A stretch of 63,448 bases of DNA, counting the filler, from Parasitella parasitica NRRL 2501 (Eukaryota; Fungi; Mucoromycota), in NCBI GenBank assembly GCA_025201805.1. It is 8 parts of 8 records of this genome, joined end to end, with 100 filler letters (N's around TTAATTAATTAA, not from the genome) between each part and the next. Parts side by side here need not be neighbours in the genome. Positions count along the whole stretch, not along the records: positions 1 to 24,026 come from MU619392.1; positions 24,127 to 36,771 come from MU619262.1; 6 more parts are not named here. One strand, written 5' to 3'. Under the pieces are notes generated by a model that saw nothing but the letters and a program-made list of their open reading frames with translations, did no database searches and was not told where the DNA came from. Positions 16,305-29,037 of this stretch are shown in pieces. Every line of letters begins with the position of its first letter. The stretch's first letter is position 1. The translations under genes were made by a program, and so were the position numbers.

Positions 16305-18588
16305 ATGTCTACTTTAACTTCTAGAGATCACCTTGTTCAACGTCATCCTACCACCGTTAATAAAACCAGCCCTGAATTCAAAAATAATGTCGAAGAATGG
16401 CAAGGCTTAATTGCTGATTTGAAAGAGAGGCTCAAGGAAGCTACAGGAGAAGGAAAGCCCAAGAGCATTGCGCTTCATAGAAAGCGTGGCCAATTGTCTG
16501 GTATAATAAATGACACATGTGCTGCTATAGATGCTAACCCCACACTTTTCTGTACCTGTGCATAGCTCGTGAGCGTGTAGAGTTAGTCTTGGATGAAGAT
16601 TCTCCATTCCTGGAGCTATGCGCTCTTGCTGGTTACGACCAAGATGACATGACACTCGGTAAATACATCATGTCTAATTTATAGAAACTTGCAATTAGAT
16701 TACTGAACATCTATGTATATGCTTCAAAGGTGGTTCTCTTGTTTCGGGCATTGGACTTGTCAGGTACTGACTATAGATTTATACATGTACGACATCTAAA
16801 TTAATCTCTTTTGATGCAGTGGTGTTATGTGCATAGTATCTGCCAATGTTGCTACCATGGCTGGTGGTGCAATGAATGAAACTTCGGCTCTTAAAGGTGG
16901 CCGTCTTCACCAAATTGCTATTCAAAACAAGTTGCCTACTGTTACATTTGTTCAATCCGTAAAAATGATAATTTTCTTTTATGAATAATTGAATATGACA
17001 ATTGACCTTTCCTTTTTTCTCTGTTTTTCTTTTCTTTTCTGTAGGCTGGTGCTAACTTGCAACAACAGTTCCGTGTTTTTCACAGAGGTGGTGCTGGTTT
17101 TCGCAACCAAGCTATACAGTAAGATCTTCAATATCTTGCGTAGACGACGCAATGTTAACGGGCGTATTCTCCTAGATCAAAGGCCGGTGTTCCATCATGC
17201 TGTGTTGTATTCGGTAGTTCTACTGCTGGTGGTGCCTACACTCCCGGTATGAGTGATTATGTAATCATGGTCAAGGTACGTATGTGAAAGAATGAACATT
17301 TGGCCTTACATGAACTTTCTCTAACTAAAGAATTAGAAACAAGCACAAGTTTTCTTGGGTGGCCCTCCTTTGGTACAAATGGCTACTGGCGAAGTTACTG
17401 ATTCTGAAAGCCTGGGTGGCGCTGATATGCACTCTCGTGTTTCTGGTGTCAGCGATCAATTAGCAAACGACGAATTTGACGGTATTCGTAAAGCGCGCGA
17501 GTGGGTTGCCAACTTGAACTGGGCGCAAAAGGGTAGTTTGCCTTTGAGACACCTTAAATGCGAATACGAGGAGCCTTACCACCCTGCCGGTATATAAATC
17601 ATACAGGCCTAACTATATAATACTAGGGCTGATCAGTATATGTCTATTAGATGAATTGCTCGGTATTGTGTCTGCAAACATTCGTATTCCTTTTGACGCA
17701 ACTGAAGTCATTATTCGCCTTGTCGATGGGTCTAGATTCACCCCATTCAAGCCAAACTATGGTGGCAATTTAGTCTGTGGTTGGGCATTTATACAAGGCA
17801 TCCCTGTGGGCATTCTTGCCAACAATAATGTGATTTTCACTCAAGAGGCTAACAAAGCAACCCAATTTATCCAGCTTTGCAATATGAAGTAATGTATAGC
17901 TTGTAATTATCTTCAATTTATGAATAACCAATATATTGGGGGGTTTTTTTTTAAGGAACACTCCCTTGGTTTACTTGCAAAACATTACTGGCTTCATGGT
18001 TGGCAAAAGATATGAAGAAGAAGGCATTATCAAGGCCGGTTCACGCTTCATCAATGCTGTCAGTAACTCTACTGTTCCTGCTATTACAATCATGATGGGC
18101 GCTAGTTATGGTGCTGGTAACTATGCCATGTGTGGTCGCGCTTATGAGCCAAGGTAAGACATCTATGTAATTGAGCACCCTTGTTTCATAGACTCAATAC
18201 TTCAACCTGTCAGATTCTTATTCTCATGGCCCAACTCCAAGTGTTCTGTGATGGGTGCGGAACAATTGACTGGTGTTCTAGATCTTGTCATGCGTCAAGG
18301 GGCTGCTAGGTATGTGCGCAATGTTATCTTGTAGCTGATAATACTTGACATTGTGTTTTTCAATGTAGAATGGGTCAAAAGATTGACGAAGAATTAGCTA
18401 ATGATAGAAAAGCAATGTTCCAAGCATCTGTTGAAGCTGAATCTGATGTCTACTATACATCTTCCCGCTTGTTGGATGACGGCATTATAGACCCTAGAGA
18501 TACTCGTACTGTACTTGGCTTCTGTCTTTCTGCAATTTACAACCACAAGGTTGAAGGTGGTAACTTATACGGTGTTAGTCGCATGTAA
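16305..18588 (+). CDS. Biotin-dependent acyl-CoA carboxylase carboxyltransferase beta subunit (MCC-beta/AccD2/AtuC-like)
   Basis: [26 protein letters not shown]...[34 protein letters not shown] and [11 protein letters not shown] motifs; about 10 exons; ends in YGVSRM. Confidence 0.92.
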
Positions 18589-18789
18589 TTTATGATTATA
18601 TTCTTATACAAATGAATAATTCTATATTTTATTTACTCTACATATAAAGTATATCGAATGCATAATATTCCAACTAATTTATATCACCATTGTATCAATT
18701 TTTGAGTTATTAATTCACGATTCATCGCCAAGATGTAAAACTAGCCTAGGACATAAGATTAGTGTTCTATTTATACTCGTTTGGTCAAC

Positions 18790-19200
18790 AATATAATTTG
18801 ATGTTCAAAGGCCAGATGCTAATCGATTAGCTGTTAAAGGTTCCAGAGTTACATTTACTAGTCATTACACTAGCTTTTCAAAATTTCTGTGGATAACTTA
18901 AATCTTGAATATTCTTAAGTTTAAAGATTATTGCATTGGAATGGATAGTCCAATCCATACTTCAACAAATATCGAACGTTATCTCGTTAGCTGTGAATGT
19001 GGTTGTTTATATATCTCGCTCTTAACTCTCCTAAAATCAACCAGTTCGAGTGATTTGGACTGTTGGTAAAATTAGTTTTTTTTTAAAAAAAAACGAAGAC
19101 AACTACCTGTGGAATCAAAGAAGTAATACACGACAGTGCCCTCTTTAATGGTCATCAGAGACTTTGTTGCTGCGTTACCGTATATACCACGGTGCAACTA
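18790..19200 (+). mobile_element. Decayed Tc1/IS630-like DDE transposase relic
   Basis: Pieces translate as TFTSHYTSF, DYCIGMDSPIHTSTNIERYL and YSPKINQFE, matching the MDNAPIH and LPPYSPELNPIE motifs, with stops and frameshifts. Confidence 0.6.
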
Positions 19201-19879
19201 ATCCTAATGTTAGTGCAATACATCATAATGTTAGGGACAAAATGGTGATCATAAAATGTCTGATTTAACATATTATTAAATAGAACAAAGTGTACAACTT
19301 AAAAGATCGCCTTTTTTATTTAGACCATGTCCAATTTCGAGAGATTCAAGCTTTTCGCCCGACTTTCAACAGTTTTTACTTTGTTTAGAGAGCTTTTATT
19401 TTAAATCAAAATACATGATCATTTAATTAATGCTTTGTTTCATACGCAAATATTCTACTTCAAATTCTTTGAAGTGCTTACATGTTTTTATTTAGTGTCT
19501 GAAATTGAGATGTGCTTGACTTAACGCCGACTTCTTGAAAAGCAACAAACTGAAATGGAAGTGAAAAAAACTAACCAAAGCATTTTTTAACTCCATTCCT
19601 TCTTGGTTTATGTTTATTTTGCTTTGTTCTTGTGGTCATCATTCATTTTATTATGGACGTCAGTAAGGACATAAACGCTAATTTTAGGGACATTATCCAG
19701 TTAAAAGTGAATTTACCCGTTATATTATGTTCGCTTGGAATTGAATTAAGTGTCAAAAACATAAATCAGGTACCTATTTTTTGTAATTAGGGATTTACTT
19801 GATAAAATTACGAGTGAAAACTTTTATATAAGGCTTAAGTCAGTGGATTTTTTTTTCAATCATGAATAATAGTTTATTG

Positions 19880-19913
<34 letters not shown>

Positions 19914-20257
19914 AAATGTTCCCTAATAAAGCATTGAATTGCATAAAACAGACCGCTCAAAAAGCAATGGCAGCAGACAACATTGAAGCAGCTTTGCAAC
20001 GACAATGCTGGCATCCTTTTTAGCCAAAAATTCAAGAAAATCGTCTTCATTCACTACAAAATGTGTGAGTATATGTATAAAAGTCAAATAAAAGAGAAAA
20101 AAAGAAAGATAAGCAGACAAAGTAATAGAAACAGAAGGATTGAAACTTCAAGTGACATAAAACTTGCATTCATCTACTCAAATAATTTAAAACCATTCAA
20201 TATGCTTCAAAACAATTAAAAATGGTAGTAGGACCATTCGATATTGTACAGCATAAC

Positions 20258-20713
20258 AATTGTATTCATATAAAGGCTACATATATCATATCTAATATAG
20301 TTACGATGTACGAATCATGATATTCATTGTTGGTAATTCTTTCACAAATAAGGAATAAGTTACAAGTTGTAATTGAGCCTCTTGCAAGGTTCCAGGCTTA
20401 TTCAAAGAATACATCTAGATCAGATCGCGGGATATCGGGAAGACATCCTACCCAATCTTCTCTTTAATGTAAAATAGAAGATAGGTCTGTCCTGGAAATG
20501 CTGTGATTTAATAAGGTTTGACACTTCTTGTCAAAAATCAGATGTTATGTGGATAAACATTAATTGGGATATATTTTAGTATAAATAGAGATCATATCTT
20601 ATGTCAATAAAAGTCTTCAGTTTTGTATCTGGTTTTATTCAGAAAGTCTTTATTACTTCATACAAATCTTATTTACATAACATTACGCTGCGCCCTTTGA
20701 CACTGGCACAACA
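20258..20713 (+). mobile_element. Solo LTR family B
   Basis: Near-identical inverted copy of 20910-21365; TATAAATA near 20580, AATAAA near 20607, ends GGCACAACA; 5' TGT is eroded and no TSD is visible. Confidence 0.85.
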
Positions 20714-20909
20714 CTTTTCATTTTCCCTGTAAATAAGCGCAGCATCTATTTTCAATTAAAGAGCAAAGGATGATTCTAATAGATACTCTGAGTATGTCTC
20801 AATACGAATTGATAGCCATGATACTGCATGATGCGAACTCAAAAGCCATTTTTATACGCCTTCATTTTTGGAAGAAATAAATACCATCAAATCAGAGATA
20901 TAGCCCTTG

Positions 20910-21365
20910 TGTTGTGCCAGTGTCAAAGGGCGCAGCGTAATGTTATGTAAATATGATTTGTATAAAGTAATAAAGACTTTCTGAATAAAACCAGATACAA
21001 AACTGAAGACTTTTATTGACATAAGATATGATCTCTATTTATACTAAAATATATCCCAATCAATGTTTATCCACATAACATCTGATGTTTGACAAGAAGT
21101 GTCAAACCTTATTAAATCACAGCATTTCCAGGACAGACCTATCTTCTATTTTACATTAAAGAGAAGATTGGGTAGGATGTCTTCCCGATATCCCGCGATC
21201 TGATCTAGATGTATTCTTTGAATAAGCCTGGAACCTTGCAAGAGGTCCAATTACAACTTGTAGCTTATTCCTTATTTGTAAAAGAATTACCAACAATTAA
21301 TATCATGATCCGTGCATTACGACTAAGTTAGATATGACATATGTAGCCTTTATATGGATACAACA
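20910..21365 (-). mobile_element. Solo LTR family B with TSD
   Basis: TGTTG...CAACA termini flanked by the 5-bp duplication CCTTG (20905-20909 and 21366-21370). Confidence 0.93.
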
Positions 21366-21370
21366 CCTTG

Positions 21371-21740
21371 TCCACGCTTAAAAACATAATTTGTAATTAC
21401 TGATATCTTCACAAACTATTAAGCGATGGAAACGCAACTTTCAGCCAAAATATTTCCCGTTTGAACTATTCTACAACATATCCAATTCGCAAATATTTCT
21501 GACCATTATTCAGATTTTGCTATGTTTTTGGACCCCCCACCTATAATATTCGATTTTCAATTTTCAACTTTGTGTCAAACTTCAAGATTATTTTGAAGTA
21601 TGAATTTGGGGTCCAAGAAAAGTCTACATCCTACTACTAGTACAATAACTGTATCTCACCAGGCTTTCTGAATTTCAGTATGTATCCTAATTGTCGTGAT
21701 ACTACTGCCAAAACAAGATTTTGCTGATTTCTATAGCAAG
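21371..21740. repeat. Old dispersed repeat family C
   Basis: Diverged reverse-complement similarity to 55740-56100 and 54196-54460; it continues on the other side of the B LTR in 20714-20909. Confidence 0.65.
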
Positions 21741-21898
21741 TTATGTGGATAATGATTGATGAAGATTTGGTTTTAATTAGTATTAATAGAGATATCTTGT
21801 CTTATGACTATGAAAGTCTCCAGTTATGTATTTGGAGTTTTATTCAGAAAGTCTTTATAACGTTAAAATAACACATTTGCACAACATTTTGCTGTGGG

Positions 21899-23185
21899 TG
21901 CAATGGAATGGGATAACTAAAAGCGCATAACTGAAAAAATAAGACTCAAATGTCACGCATAGTTAATTCATGCCATCCGAGTTCGCATAACATTTAAAGT
22001 CATATAAATCAAATCGAATTACAAATACAATTTAAGACCTTATCAATGAATGTCGTGTAAAGGAAAACACTCCTGATCAAAGTGCTTTCCCTTACACAAC
22101 AAACATTCAGAATAAGAATAATAATGACAAAGATACCAATTATGGCAGCTCGTCCTTCAATGAGTTTTTCCCATCACTCTAGATAAGGATATCCTTAACA
22201 GAATAACTAAAGTACAACGCTAGCCATCCTAACACGGCCAACCAATGTGATGCAAATCTCCATTAATGGTGAAAGCATTCAGCATAATTTGGTTCTCCTT
22301 AAAAACCTAAAATTAAACAACGACAAATTAACGCATTGACTCTAGGGTCAATGCTTCATCCATGAGAACTGATATACGACAATTCAAATCCTATAAATAC
22401 TCAGATGTTTTTCTCTAGATAAAACCTCAGTATACTTTTATAATACAGAACCTCAAACTTGATTATTGTAGTGCCAGGTCGTGAAAATGAGCACAGCAGG
22501 TGATTGTATGTGATATAAAAATATAAGAATATATTAATGTAATAAAGACTTAGTTTACCAGATACAAAACTATTGATTTATTGATTGACAAGAAGCTGTC
22601 TATTTATATTAGAATAAATCTGTGAAATTACTAGTAAAAAATATGTAAAAAAATACTTTTTAAAACTGTTATTTATTTTTTAGATGAAGCTCATCAAAAT
22701 GTCAATTAAAAACTATCTTTTTATACTAGTTTTCCAAGGGNNNNNNNNNNNNNNNNNNNNNNNNNNNNNNNNNNNNNNNNNNNNNNNNNNNNNNNNNNNN
22801 NNNNNNNNNNNNNNNNNNNNNNNNNNNNNNNNNNNNNNNNNNNNNNNNNNNNNNNNNNNNNNNNNNNNNNNNNNNNNNNNNNNNNNNNNNNNNNNNNNNN
22901 NNNNNNNNNNNNNNNNNNNNNNNNNNNNNNNNNNNNNNNNNNNNNNNNNNNNNNNNNNNNNNNNNNNNNNNNNNNNNNNNNNNNNNNNNNNNNNNNNNNN
23001 NNNNNNNNNNNNNNNNNNNNNNNNNNNNNNNNNNNNNNNNNNNNNNNAGGAACGGTTGCCATGACAACTGAGTTGAAATAGTGGTAACCATGGTATTCTA
23101 TGGATACAACAATTATAATTGTAATTTCATATCGCTTTTATTTTTATTTTTTTTTATTTCTTTAATCTTTCAAATTTACTGCAGT
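21899..23185. repeat. Repeat family A copy interrupted by a B-like LTR
   Basis: Matches the reverse complement of 2010-2650 once 22467-23111 and one ATTAT copy are removed. Confidence 0.85.
22467..23111 (-). mobile_element. Diverged B-like solo LTR spanning an N gap
   Basis: TGTAGTGCCAG...GGATACAACA termini with ATTAT TSD; the empty site is visible in the 2010-2650 copy of family A. Confidence 0.8.
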
Positions 23186-23581
23186 AGGCTTTATATTGGG
23201 AAAACAGAGACGATCTTCCATATTTATAGGGAAGCTGTTCCAAATTATACGGAAAAAGATGTTTATTTAAAAAAGATTATGTATAATTGCAGCAGTTGCT
23301 TTGTTAAACTCAAATTCAGGAACAAATAGATCTGTGTCAATAGGGACAGAAAGCGCCTGGTAAGTAGTCTACACGACCACCTAAAAAAAAAGTCTTCTTG
23401 TGATTTCAAATATATTTTGTTGTTTTTGCTCCACTCCATGAATGAAGTGAACAAATATTCATTTAAAGTGTAAATACACTGCTAAAAATATAGAGCATAC
23501 TGCATACTACCTATTAGCTTTAGACGAATGTCATCCAAAATTTTCGTTCACACATTAAACTATCAAGAATCGGACATTTTG

Positions 23582-23664
23582 TGATCTGCCATAATTATAG
23601 ACAGAAGATCATGACAATGTACTTCAATTGAAGATTGAAGATTGTCCAATGATGTGATGTGATA
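23582..23664 (+). mobile_element. Partial solo LTR family E, cut by a pogo insertion
   Basis: TGATCTGCCATAAT... is the reverse complement of the E end (39659-39742) and stops exactly at a TA. Confidence 0.8.
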
Positions 23665-24026
23665 CAGTAGCCGCTCGATTTAAGGCTACTTTTTTTGCAA
23701 GCTTTTTTTAGCCTTATATCGAACATAGCCTTATATCGTGCATGTGACTATTACTCTTAAAACAGTCACACGTATAGATACTACAGCTATTAGATTAATT
23801 TGACACATGTCCAATCTGATCCATTTACTTTATTCTTAAAAAAGCATATTTTGACAAACAATTATACTATGAGCATTAATCAACAATCAAGAGAGCGTCT
23901 CACTATCGAGCAAAAGTACGAAATCTGTATGTATAATGCTCAGTTTCCTAAACTTTCGCAAAAAGCACTCGGCGAATGGGCACAAGAAAAATTCAACCTT
24001 TCTAAGCCTGTCAGCCAAAAAACCAT
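23665..24026 (+). mobile_element. pogo/Tigger-like DNA transposon left end with CENP-B-type HTH N-terminus
   Basis: TA|CAGTAGCCGCTCGATTT terminus; ORF from ATG 23869 reads RERLTIEQKYEIC...SQKALGEWAQEKFNL and is truncated by the contig end. Confidence 0.82.
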
Positions 24027-24126
24027 NNNNNNNNNNNNNNNNNNNNNNNNNNNNNNNNNNNNNNNNNNNNTTAATTAATTAANNNNNNNNNNNNNNNNNN
24101 NNNNNNNNNNNNNNNNNNNNNNNNNN
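24027..24126. other. Artificial contig-joining linker (also 36772-36871, 40610-40709, 52721-52820, 57146-57245, 59088-59187, 60482-60581)
   Basis: Identical 44N-TTAATTAATTAA-44N cassette with stops in all six frames. Confidence 0.97.
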
Positions 24127-24437
24127 GGATAACTGTCTTGGATGCTGTTAGAAGAGCAGAAATGCTGCGAGTTAGAAACAAAAAATCATTAGATTACCTT
24201 TCAAAAAATAGTGATTTAATTTTTACATTACTCTAAATAAAAAAAGTCTTTTACACAATATATTAGTTTTTTTTGTGATGTATAAAGTTATAGTTATATA
24301 GCAAAATATTTGAGGCATCATATATCATCTGCTATATAAACTAATAAATTTATTACAGGTTTCCCAACCTTCAAATAAGTCGACTTATTGAAGTTTCCTC
24401 TTGAATAAGTTCAATTAATTGCCTGCGGGATATGAAA

Positions 24438-26085
24438 TCAGAGGTTTCCTTTTGGTCTCCTCAGGTTTCCCGACCCACATATAAATACGTATATCTGCTC
24501 TCGTATTGAATGAGCGATGGCCGTTCTAAGTATTCAAAAGGTAAATAATCCAGGGCTATTTGGTCACACTATAGCACACTTACTTGAACTCACCGCCCAG
24601 TCCCAAGTCAGTAGCCATAGTTTCTGCAAAAGATTCAGGCGAATTTCTTTTGCAAGTAATATCCCATTCAAACTGATCATTCAAAATCCTGTTTCCAACA
24701 ATAATGTCCAGTTTGATAAGTGTTCTCAATTCCATTTTTCTGTTTCCAGCAACACGGCTTTCTTGTGGCAGCACGGTCTTTAGCATTTTGCATTGCATAA
24801 ACTCGTTGTAAGAATCCGAGCGACTCGGCACTTGGTCTTGGCTATCACTGACCATGCTTGACTCATTCAAAAAATACTGTTGGACCTGCTCTCTAATGTT
24901 GGTTGATATGAGTGAAGAGAACACTGCTGTTGGCAAGCGCAAGTCTTGACAGGTGATCTCTGCAAACTGCTCGGGTGTAATCGACGATTCATTCATGTTC
25001 CAAGTGAATGTGTCTCTAATTTTGTATCCATCGTTTTCAAGGTCAAGACGGATTGGAACCAAGGTTTCCTCCTTGTCTGCTTGTTCTAGGCAATGCTGGT
25101 ATGTTGTTTTGATAGCTTGATGAGACCTTTTGTTCTTTTTGTCTGCAGGAAGTAAAACTCTTCCATGACTGCTTACGCTTGTTTTGCCATTGCCATATCC
25201 GTCATAACCTTTCCCGAATGCTAGAATGCCTCTATTTTGTGCTCTGACTCTACGCTCATTGTTTGCAATGTCAATTTCACGCTTTTTTAACTGTGCCAGT
25301 TCTACATGTCTCTTGTGCTGAGCATCCAATGCGAGTTGGTACTTTTGATCACGGTCTACATAAAGATCTAAATTCTTTTGTTCCAACTTGGTCTTTATGA
25401 CAGTTGTGTTGGGAGGAGAGATGGACGGTTGTGCAGTTGACTGTTGTAGGCTGATAGTAGTAGATGGCAGCATTTGTGATGATTGTGGTGGTAGTGGTGG
25501 TTGAGCATCTTTCTGTTGCATATACATGGATGCAGACTTTTGTTGAGTGAGTATATTTTCGTTTTCTAAATGCTGTTGCTGCTGTATTGGGTTGCCCTGC
25601 TGTGGTAACCGCTGCTGCTCCATTTGTTGATGGGCCCATATTGAATTCATTGGGCTTGCCAAACCATGATCGCCAGAAACAGAAGCAGAAGCAGCCGAAG
25701 CAGCAGCAGCCGAAGCATAAGCAGCGGCTCGTTGTTGCTGCATTTGACGAGCCATAGCTTGCTGCTGCTGTTGCTGTTGCTGCTGTTGCAAATATAAAAG
25801 ATTACGCTGCATGTGACCTGACGCAAGAACGCGTATTGTATGTGTATATAAACAGGAAAAGAAAAAAAAAGAAAAAAGCTTTCTCATTCAAAAGCATTTA
25901 GAAAAGTGAAAAGCGGAAATATAGCAGGGATGACGCAGAGTTGAAAAAAATTAGCTGCACTGCATCAAACTTACAACTCTAACTAAACCGGCCGTAGAAA
26001 GACGTGCTCACTCTTTCACAACAGTATACCGATCATGTAGGATGCGAGGATGCAGTGCTACATTCTGCTTACCAGTATCACTCAT
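24438..26085 (-). pseudogene. SNF5: SWI/SNF subunit Snf5/Sfh1 homolog, 3'-truncated by a foreign insertion
   Basis: LVPIRLDLE...RDTFTWN, LDIIVG...DQFEWDI, SPESFAE, LGLGGEF and TAIAHSIREQI motifs. Similarity stops at 24480, followed by 13 unrelated codons and TGA. Probable micro-exon ATGAGTGATACTG at 26085-26073. Confidence 0.75.
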
Positions 26086-26330
26086 AAAAGAAATATAATG
26101 CCAAGGTAATCAGAGAAATAGACGCAGAAAGGATGGTTTTATCTTTGGTGAAATTGTGATGATACCGTAATTTGGACTGTAGCTGTTCACATCACTTGCA
26201 CAATGCCAACACGGCTTTAGCAATGTCTGTCTTGTCAACCGGTTCCGGTAGCAATGCGAATCAACTTGGTGACTCAATTTAGATGCAGCAATAAAATTTT
26301 TCCTCCCTTTTATCCACTCTATTTAAAACC

Positions 26331-27708
26331 ATGTCTTCAAGACGGAATATACAAAAACAACAAAAGCCTACGAAACAAGCTAAACGTTACAGGGCTGGCC
26401 AGGTACCCGAGAATTATACCGATGATTTGAGTGATTCAGAATCTGGTCAAGAGTCAGAGCAAGAGCAGGCGGAAGCACCACAACAATTACGAAAACGAGG
26501 CGAGCTGACTTTTGCTCAAAAAGAAGTGAACACAGGTGTCCAGCAAACAGCCATATCGGACAAAGATGTTGGGAGTGATCGAAGATTAAGGCGCTTACAA
26601 CAAGCACAGCAGTTGATGGGTGAAGGTCGAAGACGACGCCAAGTTTCTTCGGATGATGAGAATGATGAGGAGAGCGATGACGATGGGAAAGCCAGAGAAA
26701 GAATGCGATTAAAGCAGCAATCCTTACAACAGCAACAACAGCAGACTGAAGTTGATGAGCAAGAAGACATAGGGCTAGACGAAAAAGAACACCCCGCTGA
26801 AGATGAGGACGAGGTAATTGCTATCAACACCCTTTCCAAATTGCTTGGCCTAAGACATTTGATTAGAGTTCTTCAGAGTATGAATCATCTAGTGAAGAAG
26901 AGGATACAATTGCCACTTTGCCAAAGCCAGTTTTCATACCAAAAGCTCGTCGAGAGACAATTTTACAACAGGAGAAATTAGCCAAAGAAGCAGAAGAACG
27001 CGAAAAGAGACTGGAAGAGGAACTGGAAGCGCGAAAGCAGCAATCGCATGATATGCTTGCTGAAGAACTTCGGCGCAATCAGGAAGAAGGTGACTTTTAC
27101 TACATTGATTTTTGTCGAGAATACATTGATTGACTGCGAATTCAAAATAGCTGTTGTTAAGGTTGCAAGTGAATACGAGGACTTTGTTGATGACACAGAT
27201 GGTTTAGACGAAGAAGCAGAGTTTGATGCCTGGAGAATGAGGGAATTGGCCCGTATCAAGCGAGATAGAGAGGAGCGTATTGCGTAAGTATTTATAGCTG
27301 ATTAAAAAGCCAAATTTGCTGAATAGCATTCATAGACGTGAAAAAGAAGAGGAAGAGCTAGAGCGTAGAAGAGCACTCCCTGAGGATGTTCGATTAAAGG
27401 AAGATTTGGAGAGGGCCAAGGCAAGCAAAAATAAGGACAAGGGCCAACATACATTTATGCAAAAGTACTACCACAAAGGTGCATTCTACCAAGATGACTC
27501 TGAAGTACTTCAACGCGATTATTCTGCACCAACGGTGGATGAGGTGCGTAACAAGGATGTGCTTCCAAAGATTATGCAAGTAAAGAATTTTGGCCTTGCT
27601 GGACGTACAAAATACACACACTTGGTTGATCAAGACACATCGAGTCGAGATTCGCCTTGGGAAAAACCATTAGCTAAACGTAGAAGAAGAAATGATCAAG
27701 ATAGTTGA
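26331..27708 (+). CDS. MFAP1: Microfibrillar-associated protein 1 (spliceosomal MFAP1/Saf3)
   Basis: RYRAG, PKPVFIPKARRET, DDTDGLDEEAEFDAWRMRELARIKRDRE, FMQKYYHKGAFY and QVKNFGLAGRTKYTHLVDQDT motifs. Confidence 0.95.
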
Positions 27709-27945
27709 TAAAGTCTTTTATTTTCTGTATTGCCCCAAGTTCCATATTTATTGTGGCTGTCATTTATATATGCCATTAACCGGTTGATCAGAGTACGATG
27801 AAGTTTGGGATGCCAAATGTAATGTTTCAAGTGGGCACAAAAAATAAAACAGTTTATTTCTTACAATAAGAAGCGAAATTGTCAAAAGAGGAAACACAGC
27901 GAGTCTGGTAAAGGGAAGGGTATTTGCGTAGATGGTCAACAGTAT

Positions 27946-28858
27946 TTAACAGGCACATGTGCCTGATGAACTGCCAGACGCTTGCTGTTGCATCAAATCA
28001 ATACCATTTAAATTGCTTCTACCGCCGGCAGTATTTCTATTACCAACAGTATTTCTACCGTTCCCAGGCGAATAAGTCTCCAGAGGGATCTTTTTAGCAA
28101 TGGCAGTGAATACAGGATCAACATTTGTTGACTTTTTAGCACTTGCTTCAAAAAACAAAAGACCTGCCTCCTCTGCATAAGCTTCTGCATCTTCTGCAGA
28201 TACTTGTCTTTCACTGCCGTTTGATTCTTCGCACAAATCAAGTTTGTTGCCAACGAGAGCAATGACAATCTCAGTGTTGGCCTGTCTTTGTAACTCCTTT
28301 ACCCAAGATTTTGCCTTTTCAAGTGTTGTCTACAGGACCCCAAAAAAAAAAGTAAAAAAAGTAAAAAAAGAAAAAGAAAAAGGAGTAAGCAGATGCTTTT
28401 GTTTTTGCTTAAAAAAAAAACAAATTGTGCGTACCGATTTAGTGATATCATATACAACAATTGCAGCTTGAGAGTTTCGATAGTACATGGGTGCTAAAGA
28501 ATGAAAACGTTCCTGACCTGCTGTGTCCCAAATCTCGAATTTGATGGTTCGCTCTTGAGCGATACACTTTTGAGTCAAGAAAGCAGCTGTTGGACAGGCA
28601 TTGATATATAGTCTGAGAGAGTAATATTCTATGCTTACCTCCAATCGTGGGCTCTCTATTCTCAGTGTATTCTTTATTAACAAACCGTTGCACTATGCTA
28701 GACTTCCCTACTGCTGATTCGCCTATCTAATGCATGAGAACGACAAAGTAATATGCTATATTTACATATTTACCAAGCAAAACGAGTTTGACATTTATTG
28801 GCTTGGCGTCAAATGTATTTGAATTAGTTTGATTTTCAAGTGTGTTGTTTGATGCCAT
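27946..28858 (-). CDS. VPS21: Rab5-family GTPase (Vps21/Ypt52-like)
   Basis: [49 protein letters not shown] and EASAK motifs; C-terminal CAC. Confidence 0.93.
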
Positions 28859-29037
28859 TATTTGATCAGGCAAGAAGAACAAAGATGAAAAGAAAAAAAA
28901 AAGAAAAATGGTAAAAAAAAAGGGAGTATTATTTATAGGGGGGCTCCGCTGGTCATTGTGATTGGATTTCTACATGTAATTTAAACACTCCAAAACCACG
29001 CACAAAAAGTTTTCGTGCTCTTTTAAACATATTGCAG

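Noticed and set aside
24071-24082. Recurrent TTAATTAATTAA between N runs
   Set aside because: Artificial six-frame-stop linker; it also means neighbours across it are not necessarily linked.
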